Part shown: in pieces, positions 1 through 13,904 of the stretch
Numbering within the stretch: position 1 is the first letter of the stretch
Layout: the number at the start of each line of letters is the position of its first letter
Assembly: GCF_030684315.1 (NCBI RefSeq)
Contig: NC_081364.1
Coordinates: forward strand, 17,654,343 to 17,718,342
Source of the DNA: Stegostoma tigrinum
Lineage: Eukaryota
Length of the DNA stretch: 64,000 nt
Direction: 5' to 3'
Translations under genes and position numbers: made by a program
Notes under the pieces: model-generated
The model's database searches: none
Told to the model about the DNA's origin: nothing
The model's input: the letters and a program-made list of their open reading frames with translations, nothing else

Positions 1-197
1 AACTGACAACTAAGGAATAATTTTAAACTAGCATTCCTCGCCAGCCACAGCCTAATGGGCAGAATAGAGAGTAAATTCAGGGCGGGACAGAGCAACAGCG
101 CTTTGACAGAAATCAGACAGCACTGAAGAGGTCACCTAGAAGGGAGACAAAACGTTTGCATGAAAACCAGTCAGCTCGGCGAACCAGCCTACAACTC
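1..197 (+). mobile_element. 3' end of a Penelope-like element (second family) with degenerate hammerhead at 120-159
   Basis: gca-CTGAAGA-g-gtcacc-tagaa-gggagac-AAAACGTT-tgc, then tail aaccagtcagctcggcgaac shared with the GIY-YIG-bearing copy at 60604-60893. Confidence 0.6.
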
Positions 198-491
198 CAG
201 AATTGAGGGCCGTGTGAAGACGCATTTTCTCCAAGAACAGTGAAGAAACGTAAAAGTATTTCTGATCAGCTGTGGTGGAATTAAGGATGATGCTACAGAC
301 ATGACAGTGCTATATTAAAAAAAAGCAACTGCCTTGTTTTACACAAGGAGATAGCCCTCTCAGCTGACAGCTGCACACCAGTTCTAACAGCTGTTGATAT
401 TATTCAGAGCTATGACGAGCCAAATGTCTAAATCTTTCTAGCCTGCATGCATATGGTTTCACCTGATCCGAGACAACATTCCTGCTCTTAC

Positions 492-674
492 CTTATGGAG
501 ATGGCCCTTGGCATCTCCCACGAAGGCGATGGTATGCTCCATTTCCACAGTCACAGCCACCGCTACCAGGCGCCCCTGCGCAACCTTGAGTACGAGAGCT
601 GCCTCTATCGGAATACAGCTGGCCATTGGGCTGGGCGTGTGGTCATAACCACATGGGTATGCATTAAGAGTGTC
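492..674 (-). CDS. PLXNB1: Plexin-B1, second coding exon (Sema domain C-terminal part), 183 nt
   Basis: Acceptor ttgttcctctttgcctggtcttgccatag, donor AAG|GTAAGA. Translates in phase 0 as DTLNAYPCGYDHTPSPMASCIPIEAALVLKVAQGRLVAVAVTVEMEHTIAFVGDAKGHLHK, closely resembling the PLXNB1 segment as I recall it (DTLDAYPCGSDHTPSPMASR...HTIAFLGDSQGQLHR). Not in the ORF track. Confidence 0.92.
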
Positions 675-3600
675 CTATGGCAAGACCAGGCAAAGAGGAA
701 CAAAAACAGAATCAATTACTTAAAGGCTGAACGAGTCAAAAAGTTAAACGCAGTCTGCTTTACAGTGGCTTTTAAGAGCTGACTTGTAAAGAAATGGATT
801 TTCATACTGCATCCATTGCATTGGCTTCCTGCAATGAGTTACCAATGCACGATGCTGTGCATACTTTTATTGCACAATTTCCAGAGTGTCAGGTTCACCT
901 CAATTGAGTAAACGATTTTTGATGACTATAGGCGCCAATTAGAGCAGTGCTATTGAGCATATGTTAAAGTGTGCCAATTACTTTGTGCATTTCTGCACTT
1001 ACCAATTTAAAAGCCTTGCTGATTTCAGGCCAAATCCAGTCTTCAAGGAGACATGCTCAGCTGTTGGCAATGCTAACAATTACAGGAGGCTGTCAGAACA
1101 TGGAATCTTCGGGCTGGTTTAATTACATGGTTTTGCTGTCTTGCCCGAGCGGGGGCTGAACTGCTTCAGCACAAACACTGTACTTATAAATAAATGAAGA
1201 GGCATCAGTTTAAGCAAACATCCAACCATTCACCATTTTTAAAATTCCTAACATAAAGCCTCTCTTCTCCTTTTAGCTCAAAAAAAATCAGTCCTTTTAC
1301 CATCTGCTCCTTTGATCTAATTCCAAGTGCTTCAGTCCATTCCTTTTCTCTTTATAAATTTGGGAAATATTTACTTACACTGGCTTTAATGGCTTGGTTA
1401 ATGCTGCAACGAAGCATTCCTCTCTCATTGTTGACTTGTACCAAGAAAACGATCCCAGGTGAGAGACGGGTCACCAAAAGGCACTCAAGCTGCCGACTCC
1501 TTGCTTCTACAGCAGACCGTGGAACAGGAACTAAGTGTTGCCACTAACCAGGTAATTTGATAAATCTCTGTCCCCTGTTGTGCATGACAAGACAAAGCAA
1601 AAAGGTTCCCCCTACTCCATTAACTAATTCATTAGAGAATCTGGTCAGCAATTCAGACAAGCATCCAGAAGCCAGAAACATGCCAAGAGATCTGGATCAG
1701 TTAAAAACGAGGGAAGGTTAAGCAGCAAAACCAAATGGAACGGCTCATTTGCCCTGCTGCTAAAGAAACTTGATTCACCTTATGGGGGTGTATATATCTG
1801 AACTGCCCCTGTAAAGCTCGATTAATGTCTCTCCAAGCCAGTCTCTTCAGATTTCTACACACGCACGCACACATGCACACACACTCCAGAAGCCCCAAAG
1901 GACTAACTCCTCAAGCCATGTCTTGCTTTCTATCACTCTCGCAATCCAAACTTGGCAACACAGCAGCCATCATTGTTGCTCAGCCTACTCATTACAAGTT
2001 CACATAGTGCTGGTTTATAATCCAATTTGTTAGGTCCATTGACAATGAATGCAACTGACAAAACCACTGTTGCAGGCTTCATTTCACCTCCTAGTCTCTT
2101 TTAAATTGGGCTCATATCCGCTTATAGGTCAGTCAACTTCCATGTATCAGACCAAGAAATCTGGATTCAAGTCCCACCTGCTCCAGAAGTGCATAATAAC
2201 ATCTGAGCGGGTTGATTAGAAAAGTATACTCACATTCAATACACCAAATTGATGGTGCAGAGACTTCCTGGGAGGGAGAATGAAACTACCTTGAGAAATG
2301 ATGTAACATTTCCACCTCAGTGCCAGGACTTGGCTAACTTGGGAGTAGACTGGGGAAGAGGGGTGTGTGGTCATTGGGGGTTAGTGGGAGTGGAGGACAG
2401 TTATCATGCTGGCCGCTCCCCATTCCCTACTCGCCATGACCATGCACTCTAGAGCAAGGCAAGACTGGAAATGCTACTTTATACGCTGCACAAGAAGAAT
2501 GAATTTGATTACCAGTTAACATTTAAGCAAGTTTTGAACTAACAATTTCAGATTTGTGCAACTTTAATGCTTTCTTTGGTCTTAACTTTTGTTCAGTGAC
2601 AGGAATGAGCAGCAATCAGTACACTTCAGAAGTTCTTCCTAGCTGCATGAACACTTGGGGCTGATGAAGAACGCTACACAAATACACTTATCTTTTTAGT
2701 TTTTCCAACGAGCTCCATTTTGGTCTCATGGCCAGGGTGGCTAACCAACGGGGACAGCGTTGGTGGCAATAATGGACAGATAAATCCAGCGTTTTGCTGA
2801 TCCAATTCAGCAGAGGTGACAACCTCAAGGCTACAGGCTATTCAAAACACCACGGATTGGGATAGGCTCGATTAACCTTATGGAGGATTGAGGAGAAAAA
2901 CCAAAATAAAAAACAGCTTTGGTAAACACAGAAAATATGCCCAGTTATTCAGGCTGAGAGTAAAGACGGTAAGAGAAATTTCAGATGGCAGAGGTGATCA
3001 CCTTGTACATGAGGACTGAGTGCCACGGAAGGGAATTTGCAGTCATTGGTGTTCCCATGTATCTGTTGCCCTTGTCCTTCTCAACAGTAGTGGTTGTGGG
3101 TTTGGAAATGCTGCCTTTAATGAACTTTTGCAGTGTAGATGGTACACCCTGCTGTTGCTAAGCATCGGCGAATGGAGGGGGTATTTGTTGATCTGGTGTC
3201 AAACAAGCAGGCAACTGAACACTTGTTAGCCCTGATATTGTACAGGTCTTGCTACATTCGTAGGGGACAGCTTTAGTATCTGAGGAGTTACAAATGGTGC
3301 AATCAGCAGTGAACATCCTTTCTTCTCACCTTAAGGTAGAAGGAAGGTCATTAAGGAAACAATTGAACATGTAGAACCAAAGCAACAAGAAATATTCACC
3401 CTACACACACCACACAATTAGCGCCTCCAACACAAGAGGAACGAACCACGGTCTCTGGACATTCAAAAACATTCCTGTCACTGAATCTCCCACTAACAAC
3501 ATTCTGGGTGTTATCATTGACTAGAAATAAAAATATTCAGGCTAAAACAGGTCAGAGGCTAGATATCCCGTCACAAGTAACTCACATCTTGTCTCCCCAA

Positions 3601-4359
3601 AGCCAGCCCACAAGACACAAGTCAGGAGTTCATTGGAATACTCCCTCCACTTGTTTAGATGAGCACAGCATGATTGGTACCACATCCACAAACATCCATT
3701 CCCTTCACCAATGCTCACTGGCAGCAGTGATTGCAGTTTTGCTAGGGCTCTTTGATGCCACACTCCGTCAGATGCAGCCTGGTGTAAAAGGCTGCCATTC
3801 TCACCTCACCTCTGGAATTCAGCTTTTAGCAGTCTAATACCTATATAAAGAACAATACAATATAATACTCTTTGTCCCATAGTGGAATGTGCACAGGCCG
3901 AGCGGCCTTGTAGTCTGGGACCTGCAAGCACACCCTGTGAGCCCCAGAACACCACAAACAGCGCACAGGGCCTGGTCTTCAAACCCAGAGCAGCGCAGGG
4001 AAGAAACCCTGCAGCAGCACACCGGCAGCGAGCCCTGGGCAGAGACTGGTGTGAGGAAGCAATTCTGCCACCTACTTTAGAGCAGCTAAATGCCAGTATG
4101 GAGCAGAAAGGGGCTTAGAGCGGAACAGGCATGGCTGTTAGACTGGTATCTGCCATGTTCATTCAGGCCATGCATGGAGGCCCTGCACTGAGTCAATTTA
4201 AATATCCTACCTTATTGTAATGATAAACCTTTAATATTTACCAATTTTTAAAAACTTATTTTTCCCCACACGAAATAATGCAAAGACTCTTATTCCTCAG
4301 CTGTATCCAAGAACTTGTACCCAAGATGTTGCCATAAAGGTGGTAGGCATTGTAAAAGT

Positions 4360-4492
4360 TTAAAAACCGAAAGAACTGCGGATGCTGTAAATCAGGAACA
4401 AAAACAAAGTTGCTGGAAAAGCTAAGCAGGTCTGGCAGCATCTGTGGAGGAGAAAATAGAGTTAACGTTTCGGGTCCGGTGACCCTCCCTCA
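4360..4492 (-). mobile_element. Short PLE-derived element (partial hammerhead + tail)
   Basis: Near-identical to the tail of 9037-10136. Reverse complement reads TGAGGG-A-GGGTC-ACCG-GACCC-GAAACGTT-AACTC. Confidence 0.75.
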
Positions 4493-4639
4493 TTGCACTC
4501 CTATAATGATGATAAAAGTACTGTATTGTTTATTATTGGTGCTCACTGTGCCAGATTAGTTAAGCCTGGGTGCAAACACGTTAACAAGGAAAAGAACCAG
4601 AGTCTACAGCTAGGAGCACGGAATAGAATAAAAAACAAC

Positions 4640-4677
<38 letters not shown>
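4640..4677. repeat. (CA)n microsatellite
   Basis: Visible dinucleotide run. Confidence 0.95.
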
Positions 4678-4681
<4 letters not shown>

Positions 4682-5352
4682 CCTGTATCATTTACACATA
4701 GATTGGAAATATAATAAGTGTAAGATTTTTCAGCAACAGAATTGCGGCATGTCTGTAGAAATGCCATTGTACGTCCCATTCAACCTAAAGCAATTTCTGC
4801 ACTCTTTGGAACATTTTACATTTTTGCCCATTTTTCTCTTTAAACAACTAACTGGGAACTGCTTCAGCCAGTAAGTTTAAACTTTCATTCCAAAAGCTAC
4901 ATTTGAAATCATTTTAAACTCCATCCTGAAAATTTCATGCACCTTTGTTGTTCACTCAAAAGTGTCAAGCATATTAAATGATATACAGCTGCACAACAGG
5001 CACATTTAAAAATGTCTTTTAAACTTCCACAATTTCGAGAGTGTCATTACAAAATAGATGGGTTTTATAGAGCTACTGCATCAAAAACAGAGTGCCATTT
5101 CAGTGCCTGTAAATGGGACGCTCTCAAACTTCCCAGACCAAGTTGTTGAAGCAACCGGGATGGATATTTCCTCTTTTAAAACCTCTTTTACACATTTTTA
5201 ACCTCCTTAAAGTGACAGGTCAAGCTACAAATTGGTGGATTTGCTGGCCTGGGCAGAACAGCAATTCCTTTCCTCAAGCAGGTGCGATTACTACAGAACT
5301 TCCTTTATTGATACTGTGAAACATTAATGTTTAGAATTATGAAAAGACTCAC

Positions 5353-6471
5353 TGAAGTTAATCCGCTACAGCTGGATTTGACTTCATACTCGATGTAGGC
5401 TGCCTCACTCTTGTCCTCCATTTTCCCAAAATTGGTGTAACACAGGTCCCTGGTTCGGTTGATCATCTGGTCAATCTGGCTCATCGTGTAAATGCAAAGC
5501 GCTGATTCTTCTGTTGCCTTTGCCGTGGCCGTCTGGCCAACAGCGAAAGTGGCGAACAGGACCTCCCCATTAGTTTTAAGAACGCCCTCGGCCAGGCCCT
5601 TCCCTGGTCGGCTTACATAGGCCGCTTGGAGTAAATTGTAGCTCTTCCCAGCAGTCTGACAAACAAGGGGCACCTCCACGTACGAGTAATAGTGCATGTC
5701 TCCCAAGCAGATCCGCGACACGTAGGTTTTGTATTCCCTGGATGGGGACTTCAGGTCCCTCCGGTAGAACAGGAAATACACGGATAACTGATAAATAAAA
5801 GATTTGACAAAATGGTGGTTGTACTCGGAAAGCCTTCCGGCCACTGCTAATTTAGCCGTGTCCTCGTAGGAGAAAATAGGGTGGGATTCCAGACCCTGTG
5901 GATTTTGTAATTCCAAATTGCGGGTGGTGATCGGCGGGATCCCACCAGCACCTTTGCTGGTATAACCACGGCCCACAAACAGGACGGCCATCTTGCCTTT
6001 GGAGAGGCCAACCAAGCCGACCGTTGTGACATTGGGGTCATTGGCGGCGACGTACTGTGTATCGACCGGGCGCTCTGGACGGAACGAAACCCGGCTGATG
6101 TTTCCCAGACTCCTTTTCTCACAGATCCCCTGAAACAAGCTGCCGCAGGTGATCAGCTCTTTGCCGTAGGGGTTGGTCAGCAGGAGCTTGTTGTGGTTGT
6201 CGGTCATCCTCGCGTGGGGGCAGTCACTGGGGTTGACTGGCGGCAGGCAGTCCTTGCTGTCACTCTGCGGCCCCGTGGGCTGCACAACCAGGTCGGACAG
6301 CTCGGGGGTCAGCTGGAACAGGAAGTTCACGGCTCCGACATACACGTTTCCCGTCTGTGGGTCAACAGTCAGGTGCTCGAACTTCACTCCCGGCCTGCTG
6401 AAGGATTTGTACTGGTCCCCATGGCAGATGCTTAGAAAAACGATGGCAAGGAAGACGTTCCCAGACCGCAT
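5353..6471 (-). CDS. PLXNB1: Plexin-B1, first coding exon (signal peptide + most of the Sema domain), 373 codons
   Basis: ATG at 6471 gives MRSGNVFLAIVFLSICHG (signal-peptide-like), then plexin-B motifs VYVGAVNFLFQL, DNHNKLLL, ITCGSLFQGICEKRSL, YVAANDP, YVSRICLGDMHYYSYVEVPL. Acceptor ...tttttgtcccccaacccccgctgttacag (AG at 6483-6482; exon starts 6481). Donor TCA|GTGAGT at 5352-5351, phase 0. Confidence 0.93.
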
Positions 6472-8131
6472 GATCAACGTGCTGTAACAGCGGGGGTTGG
6501 GGGACAAAAAACAAAAACACAAACAATGCATTATTAACTAGAAAAAGAGGATATCTGGGACTTTCTTTCCCCCCATAATGACAAAGATCTTCAGGCTGGG
6601 GGCTCAACTGGAAAATTTCTAAACTGGAACTAACAATATCCTTGACAGGCAAAGGAAAAACTCCAAGGCAAGGGATCGAGATTGACGTATGGCCCAAAAT
6701 ATAGATCGGCCATGATCTGGTTTGATGGAAAAACAGACTGAAAAAGGCCTGCTAGTGAGGAAGGGGGGATGACATTCTGCCGCTAAATAACAATAGGCAA
6801 ATTATTTCAGAGATGGCAAATGTAATGACACCACCCTTTCATTCAGAAAATAGAACACAATCAAATCACTTTCACAATCACAGGATCCACCCAGAGATCC
6901 ATCTCCAACCTCCATGGCAGAGCCATTCACTCGCCTCTGGAACCTATTCCTCAATCTCCACCATGCCCCTACCTACCAAACACTTTGATACCTTCCCTTT
7001 CTCCAAGAGTGCTGCTGAGTTTCCCCTGCCCAAACTTCTCACTTTCATGCTGAATGCCCTTCCTCCCTTACTTACCTTACCATTGTGCAGAAATTTGCAA
7101 GTATCCTTTTTGACTTAAAACTCTTAAATATATATTATAAGCTGTTGTTGTCAAAGCAATGCTCTGGATTTAGCTTTGATGCTATTCCCTGAGGACCCAC
7201 AATGTTCCCAAGCTAGATAAAGCAAGTTACCCAAAAAAAACAAGGTTACCTCTATTCAGACCTAAAAAAGATAACTTTACCCTGTATTGAGCACACCCTC
7301 TGCCAATACAGACCCTTCATGATTGACAAATCCTAGCTGAAACTTGCAATTCTCCCAGCTTCAGCTACAGTCGCACACTGAACATGAAGAGGAAACTCAC
7401 CCTGACTCTTGTAATAAAGGGTTGCCAAGCCTCCAGCATTTTCTTAAAATCTCCAGGAATTCAAAATTCACCTCCTGAACAACGCGGTGAGCAACACAGA
7501 AGAAAGCAGCAAGCGTCATTTGTTAAACGGGCACATGCCTGAAACTTTTCAGTAGGATTCTGCCCTGGAACTTGCTAGGGATGGTTATTCATAAACAATA
7601 CCTCGACTTGGAAATAGTGACTAATGCAAATACATTCAAACTTAAAACATAAGTATTTGCAAGCTTATTTTCAGTGCCAGAGAGGTTATTCACGAGTAGA
7701 CTTATCACATCAGTTTGGAAAAAAAAATCTGTTACTGTGAAATGGGCAAGTCCTGAGTTTCTCTGGCAAGTTTATGAGGTATTCTGTAAACACAGCAACT
7801 GCACACTATTCAATGTCATTGCATGCCGAGACCCCGAGCATGATCTTATAGTGAGCAGCCTCTGGAGGAGTAGGACAACACATTTAGTGTCTTTTTGGCT
7901 CCTGCTATTAGCTGGGCCTGTGTGGTTGCCCAAAGTTGTTGACACAATCTACAATAACAGAGAATGTTGATAGGTTCTTCGTACTGGCTGTAAAATATGA
8001 CCCATTATCAATTTTTTAAAATTGCATGTTTAATTTCCTCGATCCCTTTTGTTTATTACTTGCAAACATATTAGGGAAGGGGGTTGGGAGTAGCAGGTTC
8101 CTGAAAACATTCAAGAACACACCTAACCAGA

Positions 8132-8333
8132 TAAAAATCTGAAAGAACTACGGATGCCGAAAATCAGAAACAAAAATAGAGAGATTACTAGAAAAGCTCA
8201 GCAGGTCTGGCAGCATCCGTTCTGAGGGTCCAGTTCTGAGGAAGGGCCACCTGGCCTGAAACGTTAACTCTGATTTCTCTCTACAGATGCTGCCAGTCCT
8301 ACTGAGTTTTCCAGCAATCTCAATTTTTGTTAT
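8132..8333. mobile_element. Miniature inverted PLE-derived element with hammerhead motif (8232-8269, +)
   Basis: 13-bp TSD ACACCTAACCAGA at 8119-8131 and 8334-8346. Two opposed copies of the PLE tail. AGTT-CTGAGGA-A-stem II-GAAACGTT-AACT. Confidence 0.8.
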
Positions 8334-8404
8334 ACACCTAACCAGAGTCAGCTACTCTTAAAATAACAGGCACTCCACTTGCTCCATGCACTGCTGTCAA
8401 ATTT

Positions 8405-8709
8405 CATAGAATTACAGAATCCAGTGTGAAAGCAGGTCATTTGGCCCATCAAGCATACACTGACTCTCTGAAGAGCATCCCACACAGACCCACCACTCAT
8501 TCCTATGAACTCTCCTATCCCTGTATATCTTTAAAACACTATGGGGTAATTAAGCTAGACCAATCCACCTAACTGCACATCTTTGGACTGCAGGAGGAAA
8601 CTGGAGCACCCAGAGGAAACTCATGCAGTCATGGGGAGAATGAGGATGGAATTGAACCTGGGTCACTGGCACTATGGGCAGCAATACTAACGCCAAGCCA
8701 CCGTGCCAC
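8405..8709 (-). mobile_element. HE1-like tRNA-derived SINE
   Basis: tRNA-like head (rc ggcacggtggcttggcgttag...ggttcaattcc), central cagtccaaagatgtgcagttag domain, CR1-like tail; multiple copies in the window. Confidence 0.75.
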
Positions 8710-9036
8710 TTCTAACTGTTCTTAAACAGAACAGTAAACGGGAAAATAAACAGTAAAAGGCAGATTTGTGACATAAAACTTGTTCCCCTAAACCAGCAGT
8801 TACTGCAACTGGCAGCCAGTTCTGTTAGACATCCATGCTATAGACAGCAGTCAACAGGGGGAAGACCCATCTGTCTTACTTGTCCTATGCCTACAAGATT
8901 AAAGTGTGCACATTTAAATCAGGCAAGTCTCAGATTTAAATTGTGCTTTTCACAACCTCCACACCTCCAACAGCATTTCACTGACTCAGCATTGCTGTGA
9001 TGCAGGAAAAGGTGGCAGCCAAATGGAATGTCACAA

Positions 9037-10136
9037 GCAAATAAAAACCGAAAGAACTGTGGATGCTGTAAATCAGGAACAAAAACAAAAGTTGCTCAAA
9101 AAGCTCAGCAGGTCTGGCAGCATCTGTGGAGGAGAAACCAGAGTTAACGTTTCGGGTCCGGTGAGCCTTCCGCAGAACTGATGGTGGCTGGGAAAGCATC
9201 AGTTTATATGCAGAAAGTAAGGAGATGGGTGGGGTAGGGAGTAAATGATAGGATAGAGCCCAAAGAGAGAGAAAGGCAGTCGCACAGTCAAAGGAGTTGC
9301 TAACGATCAGGCTGGGAGGGTGAATAGTTGTTAATGGGGACTGTCAGTGGCCAACAATAGGGAGTGTGTAATGGCAGGCTATGTGGCAACAAGGCCTGGT
9401 GTGTGGGGTTGGGGGCTGGGACATGGGGGAGTTTAGACCTTAAAATTATCGAACTCAATATTGAGTCCGGAGGGCTGTAGGGTCCTCAGGTGGAAAATGA
9501 GGTGCTGTTCCTCCAGCTTGCGTTGGGCTTCACTGGAACATTGCAACAAGCCAGAGACAAAGAAATTGGCCAAGGAGCAGGATGGTACATTGAAGTGACA
9601 GGCAACAAATAGTTCAAGATCTTTTCTGCGAGCAGAACGTAGATGTTCTATGAAGTGGTCACCAAGTCTACACTTCGTTTCCCCAACGTACAGGAGACCA
9701 CATTGCGAGCAGCAAATGCAGTGGACTGGATTCTGGCAAGTGCAGGTGGTGTTGCTTCCCCTAGATGATGTTTCAGCCTTTCGATGCTGGGGAGGGAGGA
9801 GGTAAGTGGGCAGGTGCTGCACCTTCGCCGGTTACAGGGAAAGGTGCCGTGGGGCTGTCAGGAGGCGTTGGGGGTGAAGGATGTGTGGATCAGGGTGTCC
9901 TGGAGGGAACGGTCCCTGCAGGAGGAGGACAAAGGAGGGGAAGGGAATGTCTTTGTCTGGTGATGGCATCTCACTGGAGGTGGTGGAAAACGGTGTCTGT
10001 TGATCTTCTGAATGTGGATGCTGGTGGGAGAGTAGGTGAGGATAAGGGGAACCCGGTCACTGTTGCCGGAGGGAAGAGAAGAGGTGAGGGCGGAAGTGCG
10101 GGAGATAGGTCAGACCTGGTTGAGGGCCCTGTCGAC
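9037..10136 (-). mobile_element. 5'-truncated Penelope-like retroelement with GIY-YIG endonuclease remnant and hammerhead (9142-9179)
   Basis: ORF 9433-9822 has HCICCSQCGLLYVGETKCRLGDHFIEH...HF...EEQHLIFHLRTLQPSGLN (PLE GIY-YIG). 15-bp TSD AATGGAAT(G/A)TCACAA at 9022-9036 and 10137-10151. Confidence 0.88.
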
Positions 10137-12949
10137 AATGGAATATCACAACCGTCAAGAGCATCAGAAAGGTTTCACGAACACCAAGCGATCACAGCCA
10201 GGTAATCTGTGTTAGCTGTTGGCTAAGGAAAACAAAATGGCCAAGATTACATAACTTTTCCACATTAGACTGCCATTGGATCCTTTACGTTATTCTGCAC
10301 CTAAAGTCAAATCAAGAGATGGCCACAGGTGAGCAAAAGCAGACTCAAACTTTCTTACTTTTCAGAAATTGACTCCTCTGTGGGATGTGGGTACTGCCGT
10401 AGTGAGGTCAGCACTTATTCATACCTAATTAGGGAGGGAGCGATGAGCTGCCTCCTTGAACTACTGCAGTCCATGTGATGTGAGGACATCCACAGTGCTG
10501 TGTGAACAACAAAAATGGCTACAGCTGTTGGACAAGGTCATCTGAGTGAACCTGTTTGATGCCTACTATAATGGTGATAGCTACTCTGTGTTGTATGAGA
10601 AAAAACAGGGAACATCACAGTGGTTACATGAAAAGGTCTGGTAATCCAAAAGGTCTGGATGAATAACTCAGAGAATGAAAGCTTAAATTAGGGCCACTTG
10701 AGAATGTTTTGAGGCCATCTTGAAACTAGAAAGTTCATAATGGCCGTGAAACTGTCCCTTTCGTGAAAGGAGCCTGTCATCTTCCTGTCTGAATTGTACC
10801 TAACACCAGTCCAAAGTCAACGTCATTGCTGTATTCAAGAAATTTATACAGCACATTTTACACACTATCTTCCACTTAGAATTTATGGAATTCAAAATTC
10901 AACTTGTTTTCGCACACAATGTTGCACCCTTGGGTTCATCAATGATGATATCTTAATGTTTAGACCACACATTTTGTGTAAAGCACACAGAGCAAGGACA
11001 AAACATTTCATGTTGAAAATGTCAGAAAGTGCAAGAGAAATAAACTTTTCTCGATACCCCTCTCCGAGGTGCCTCATTACAATGTCCAGCGTCTATATTC
11101 CTTTTGAGGAACACAGCCAAGGTGTCCCTTAGTGTACCACTGCTGTTAGCCCAGAAACAGCATCTGTGCCCTAGTGTGCACCTCTGTGGAGCTGCTTCTA
11201 GCTTCAGTACATCCCTTAACATGTAATCCGGGACGTTTCCACATGCCAGTTTGCAACACTCAGTTGATGACAACATTTCGCATCGAAGACCCACTGTCTT
11301 CTGGAATGGCCTAGAAAACAACCCAGCTAAGGTTAAATATCAGGATCAGCTATTAAAACTGATCTTACTAGCGTCATTCATATCCAAAAGAGTAAACATA
11401 TTAAAAAAGTCAACAAGCACATCTCTAACAGTTAGACACTGGGTCCGTGAGGCTACTACTACATTTTGCATTTTAATTCCTTTGTTCTGTAGTGGGACGA
11501 GGCAGAACAGATCTGCTTCTCTGAAGCTAATCTCTCACCCAGAGACAATTCAGATAAGATGGGGACAGAAGCATTGGTGACTTTTAAAAGCTGTCTAGCT
11601 CAAAGCTGAACCTGCAGTAAGCTTCGATGGTGCTCAAAGGACAGCAGTTTTATAATTGTTATTTAGTTTCCACCACAGGTAACTGCATGGCTAAGATTCT
11701 GTGACAATACTGTATTGCAGGGCCAACCCTCTTCAAAAGAAGAGTGCCAGAATTAAAAACTTGCAAGGCATTTTACACAGAAGAACCTGATATTTTGTAC
11801 AAACACAGCAACATGCAGGTGGCATATGGCAGCAACAAGGATGCCACACAATATACTCAGTCAGAGAATTGCTGATCACTGATGAACACATATGCTCACC
11901 TCCATCTCCACAGCTCCAGCATCACGGTGTCTAAGTCAGGAAGCCAGCAAGTTGCTAAGTTACGGATGATCAGCAAGGTCAAAGGCCGACAGCTGTGAAT
12001 GACTCACTCATTCACAATGTGACCAACCTGATCCTACACAACAAGGAATGCAGAGCTTAATTAGCTTCCTAAACCACAAAAGCAAGTAAGTCTCAGAAAG
12101 AAAATCTTCAGCAGAGAAAAAAAGAGCTGAAAGACCTGTAAACTGGGTCACCTTCAAAGCATGAGTCTGAAGTCATAAGAATAAGGCAAGAGGCATGCAA
12201 GCCAAAACAGAACCTGCAATAAAAGAATAGACAAGTTCAAAATTGCCTCTCTCATATTATGCAATTGATCCCCCAAGGAAACCCTTGTGGATTTTTTTAA
12301 ACATGCATTTATCTTGCTGCTTTAAAAAGATGCAAGTGTGTTTTTTTGTGAGAATCAATAAGAAACTGACGGCCCTTCAGATTCACAAAACCACTATCTG
12401 CACTAATACATTCAGGTGGAACGCACATTCTCCAGATGCCATTAGGGCAGTTCACAAAAAGCTATGCTCCTGTTACAGTAGCTGCTCGGGGCACGCGTTC
12501 TCCAGACACAAGCCACTTACAACCCAAATGTGCACTTACTGCAACTTGTTGTGTACTTTGCAGCCAACAGAAGGGGTTTCAGCAAAAAAAACCAAGTCAG
12601 TAAGCGTTTATTCTAGAGATAATAGGAACTGCAGATGCCAGAGAATCCTCAAACTTTGCCTTGCCTTGCAAATGCACATGCCCCGTGGTAGAATAGCTCA
12701 AAGCATCCACCTAAGTAGGCAGGTCACAGAAATCTCAACAGCTTGTCTGTCAGGACTACCTTCAACATACAGTCTTGTCCTAAAGCAACGTTATCAAACA
12801 AAACCTGATAGTGAGCCACACAGAAAGATATTGGGTCAGATGTGCAATATCCTGCAGTAAGGTCAGCTTTTAATGAACATTACAAGGGAGGAAAGAGGTG
12901 GGGAGGGAGGACAGGGGATTTCCAGAGTTTACAGCAGAGTTCAGCCAAT

Positions 12950-13437
12950 AGCATATATTCAGCAGGAGATGGATATAGGAAGGATCCTACTAAATTGGAG
13001 AAAATATTTAGAAGGATATTATTGGGAATGGAGGGTTTGAGTTGTAAGGGGAGGTTGGATAGCCGGGACATTTTTTGGGGTGATCTCATATAGGGGTTTA
13101 TAACATCATGAGGGGCATAGGTGAGCTGAATAGCAAGCGTCTTTCCCCTAAGGCAGGAGAGTTCAAAACGAGCAGGCATATTTTTAAGGTGAGAGGATTT
13201 AGAAAGGACCTGAGGGGCAACTTTTTGACATCGAAGGTGGTTTTATGTGGAATGAACTGCTGGAGGAAGTGGTAGATGCAGGTACAGTTACAACATCTAA
13301 AAGACAGGTACATGAATAGATTGGGAGAGATATGGGCCAAATGCAAATAAAAGGGAATAGTTTAGTTTGGGAAACTTGGTCAGCATGGACTGGTTGGACC
13401 AAAGGGTCTGTTTTCGTGCTGCATGACTGACTCTATA
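12950..13437 (+). mobile_element. CR1/HER1-type LINE 3' fragment
   Basis: Decayed RT C-terminus (LEKIFRRILLGMEGLSCKGRLD) and typical 3'UTR ending gggtctgttttcgtgctgcatgact. Confidence 0.75.
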
Positions 13438-13904
13438 ACGGCAGGAGTGAAAGCTTCTTAGAGCTTTGCAGGGCCGGAGAAGATTACAGAGATGGTGACA
13501 CAGAGACAGGTATGAGAGAATTCAGTCAGGGTCTGTCTTGTAACACAGAATCTGGAGCTGGTTCCTTCGAAGTAGAAGTTCACATGAGCTATGCAGGCTG
13601 AGCTTGGAACTCGAAGACTCAGTGAGGATTCCAAGTGTTGCAGCAGTCATCTCTCCCCACTGGACCTTCCTTTCAGATCTATCTCACGTCGACACTCGAT
13701 GGGAATCTCAATGTGCTTACTAACTAGTGACCTGAAAATCCGACTTGAGGAGCAAAAAAAAAATGGAACGACTGCTATCTCTGAGCGACTGCAACCCTCC
13801 CCAAAGTTCAGACATCTCGTGGAAGGCAGGGCACTTTGAATGACAAGATCGATGGAAGCACTCATTGAGGTTCAAGCAAACACTATATCCATTTCTCCAC
13901 AGGG

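Noticed and set aside
447-782. 111-aa plus-strand ORF
   Set aside because: Antisense shadow of PLXNB1 exon 492-674.
6472-6531. N-terminal extension MHCLCFCFLSPNPRCYSTLI of ORF 5305-6531 (and its C-terminal VSLFIILNINVSQYQ)
   Set aside because: These are read-through into the polypyrimidine tract/acceptor, 5'UTR and the downstream intron; splice sites bound the true exon at 6481 and 5353.
12243-12860. 205-aa plus-strand ORF
   Set aside because: Non-ATG start, no recognisable domain, and it runs into decayed repeat sequence.
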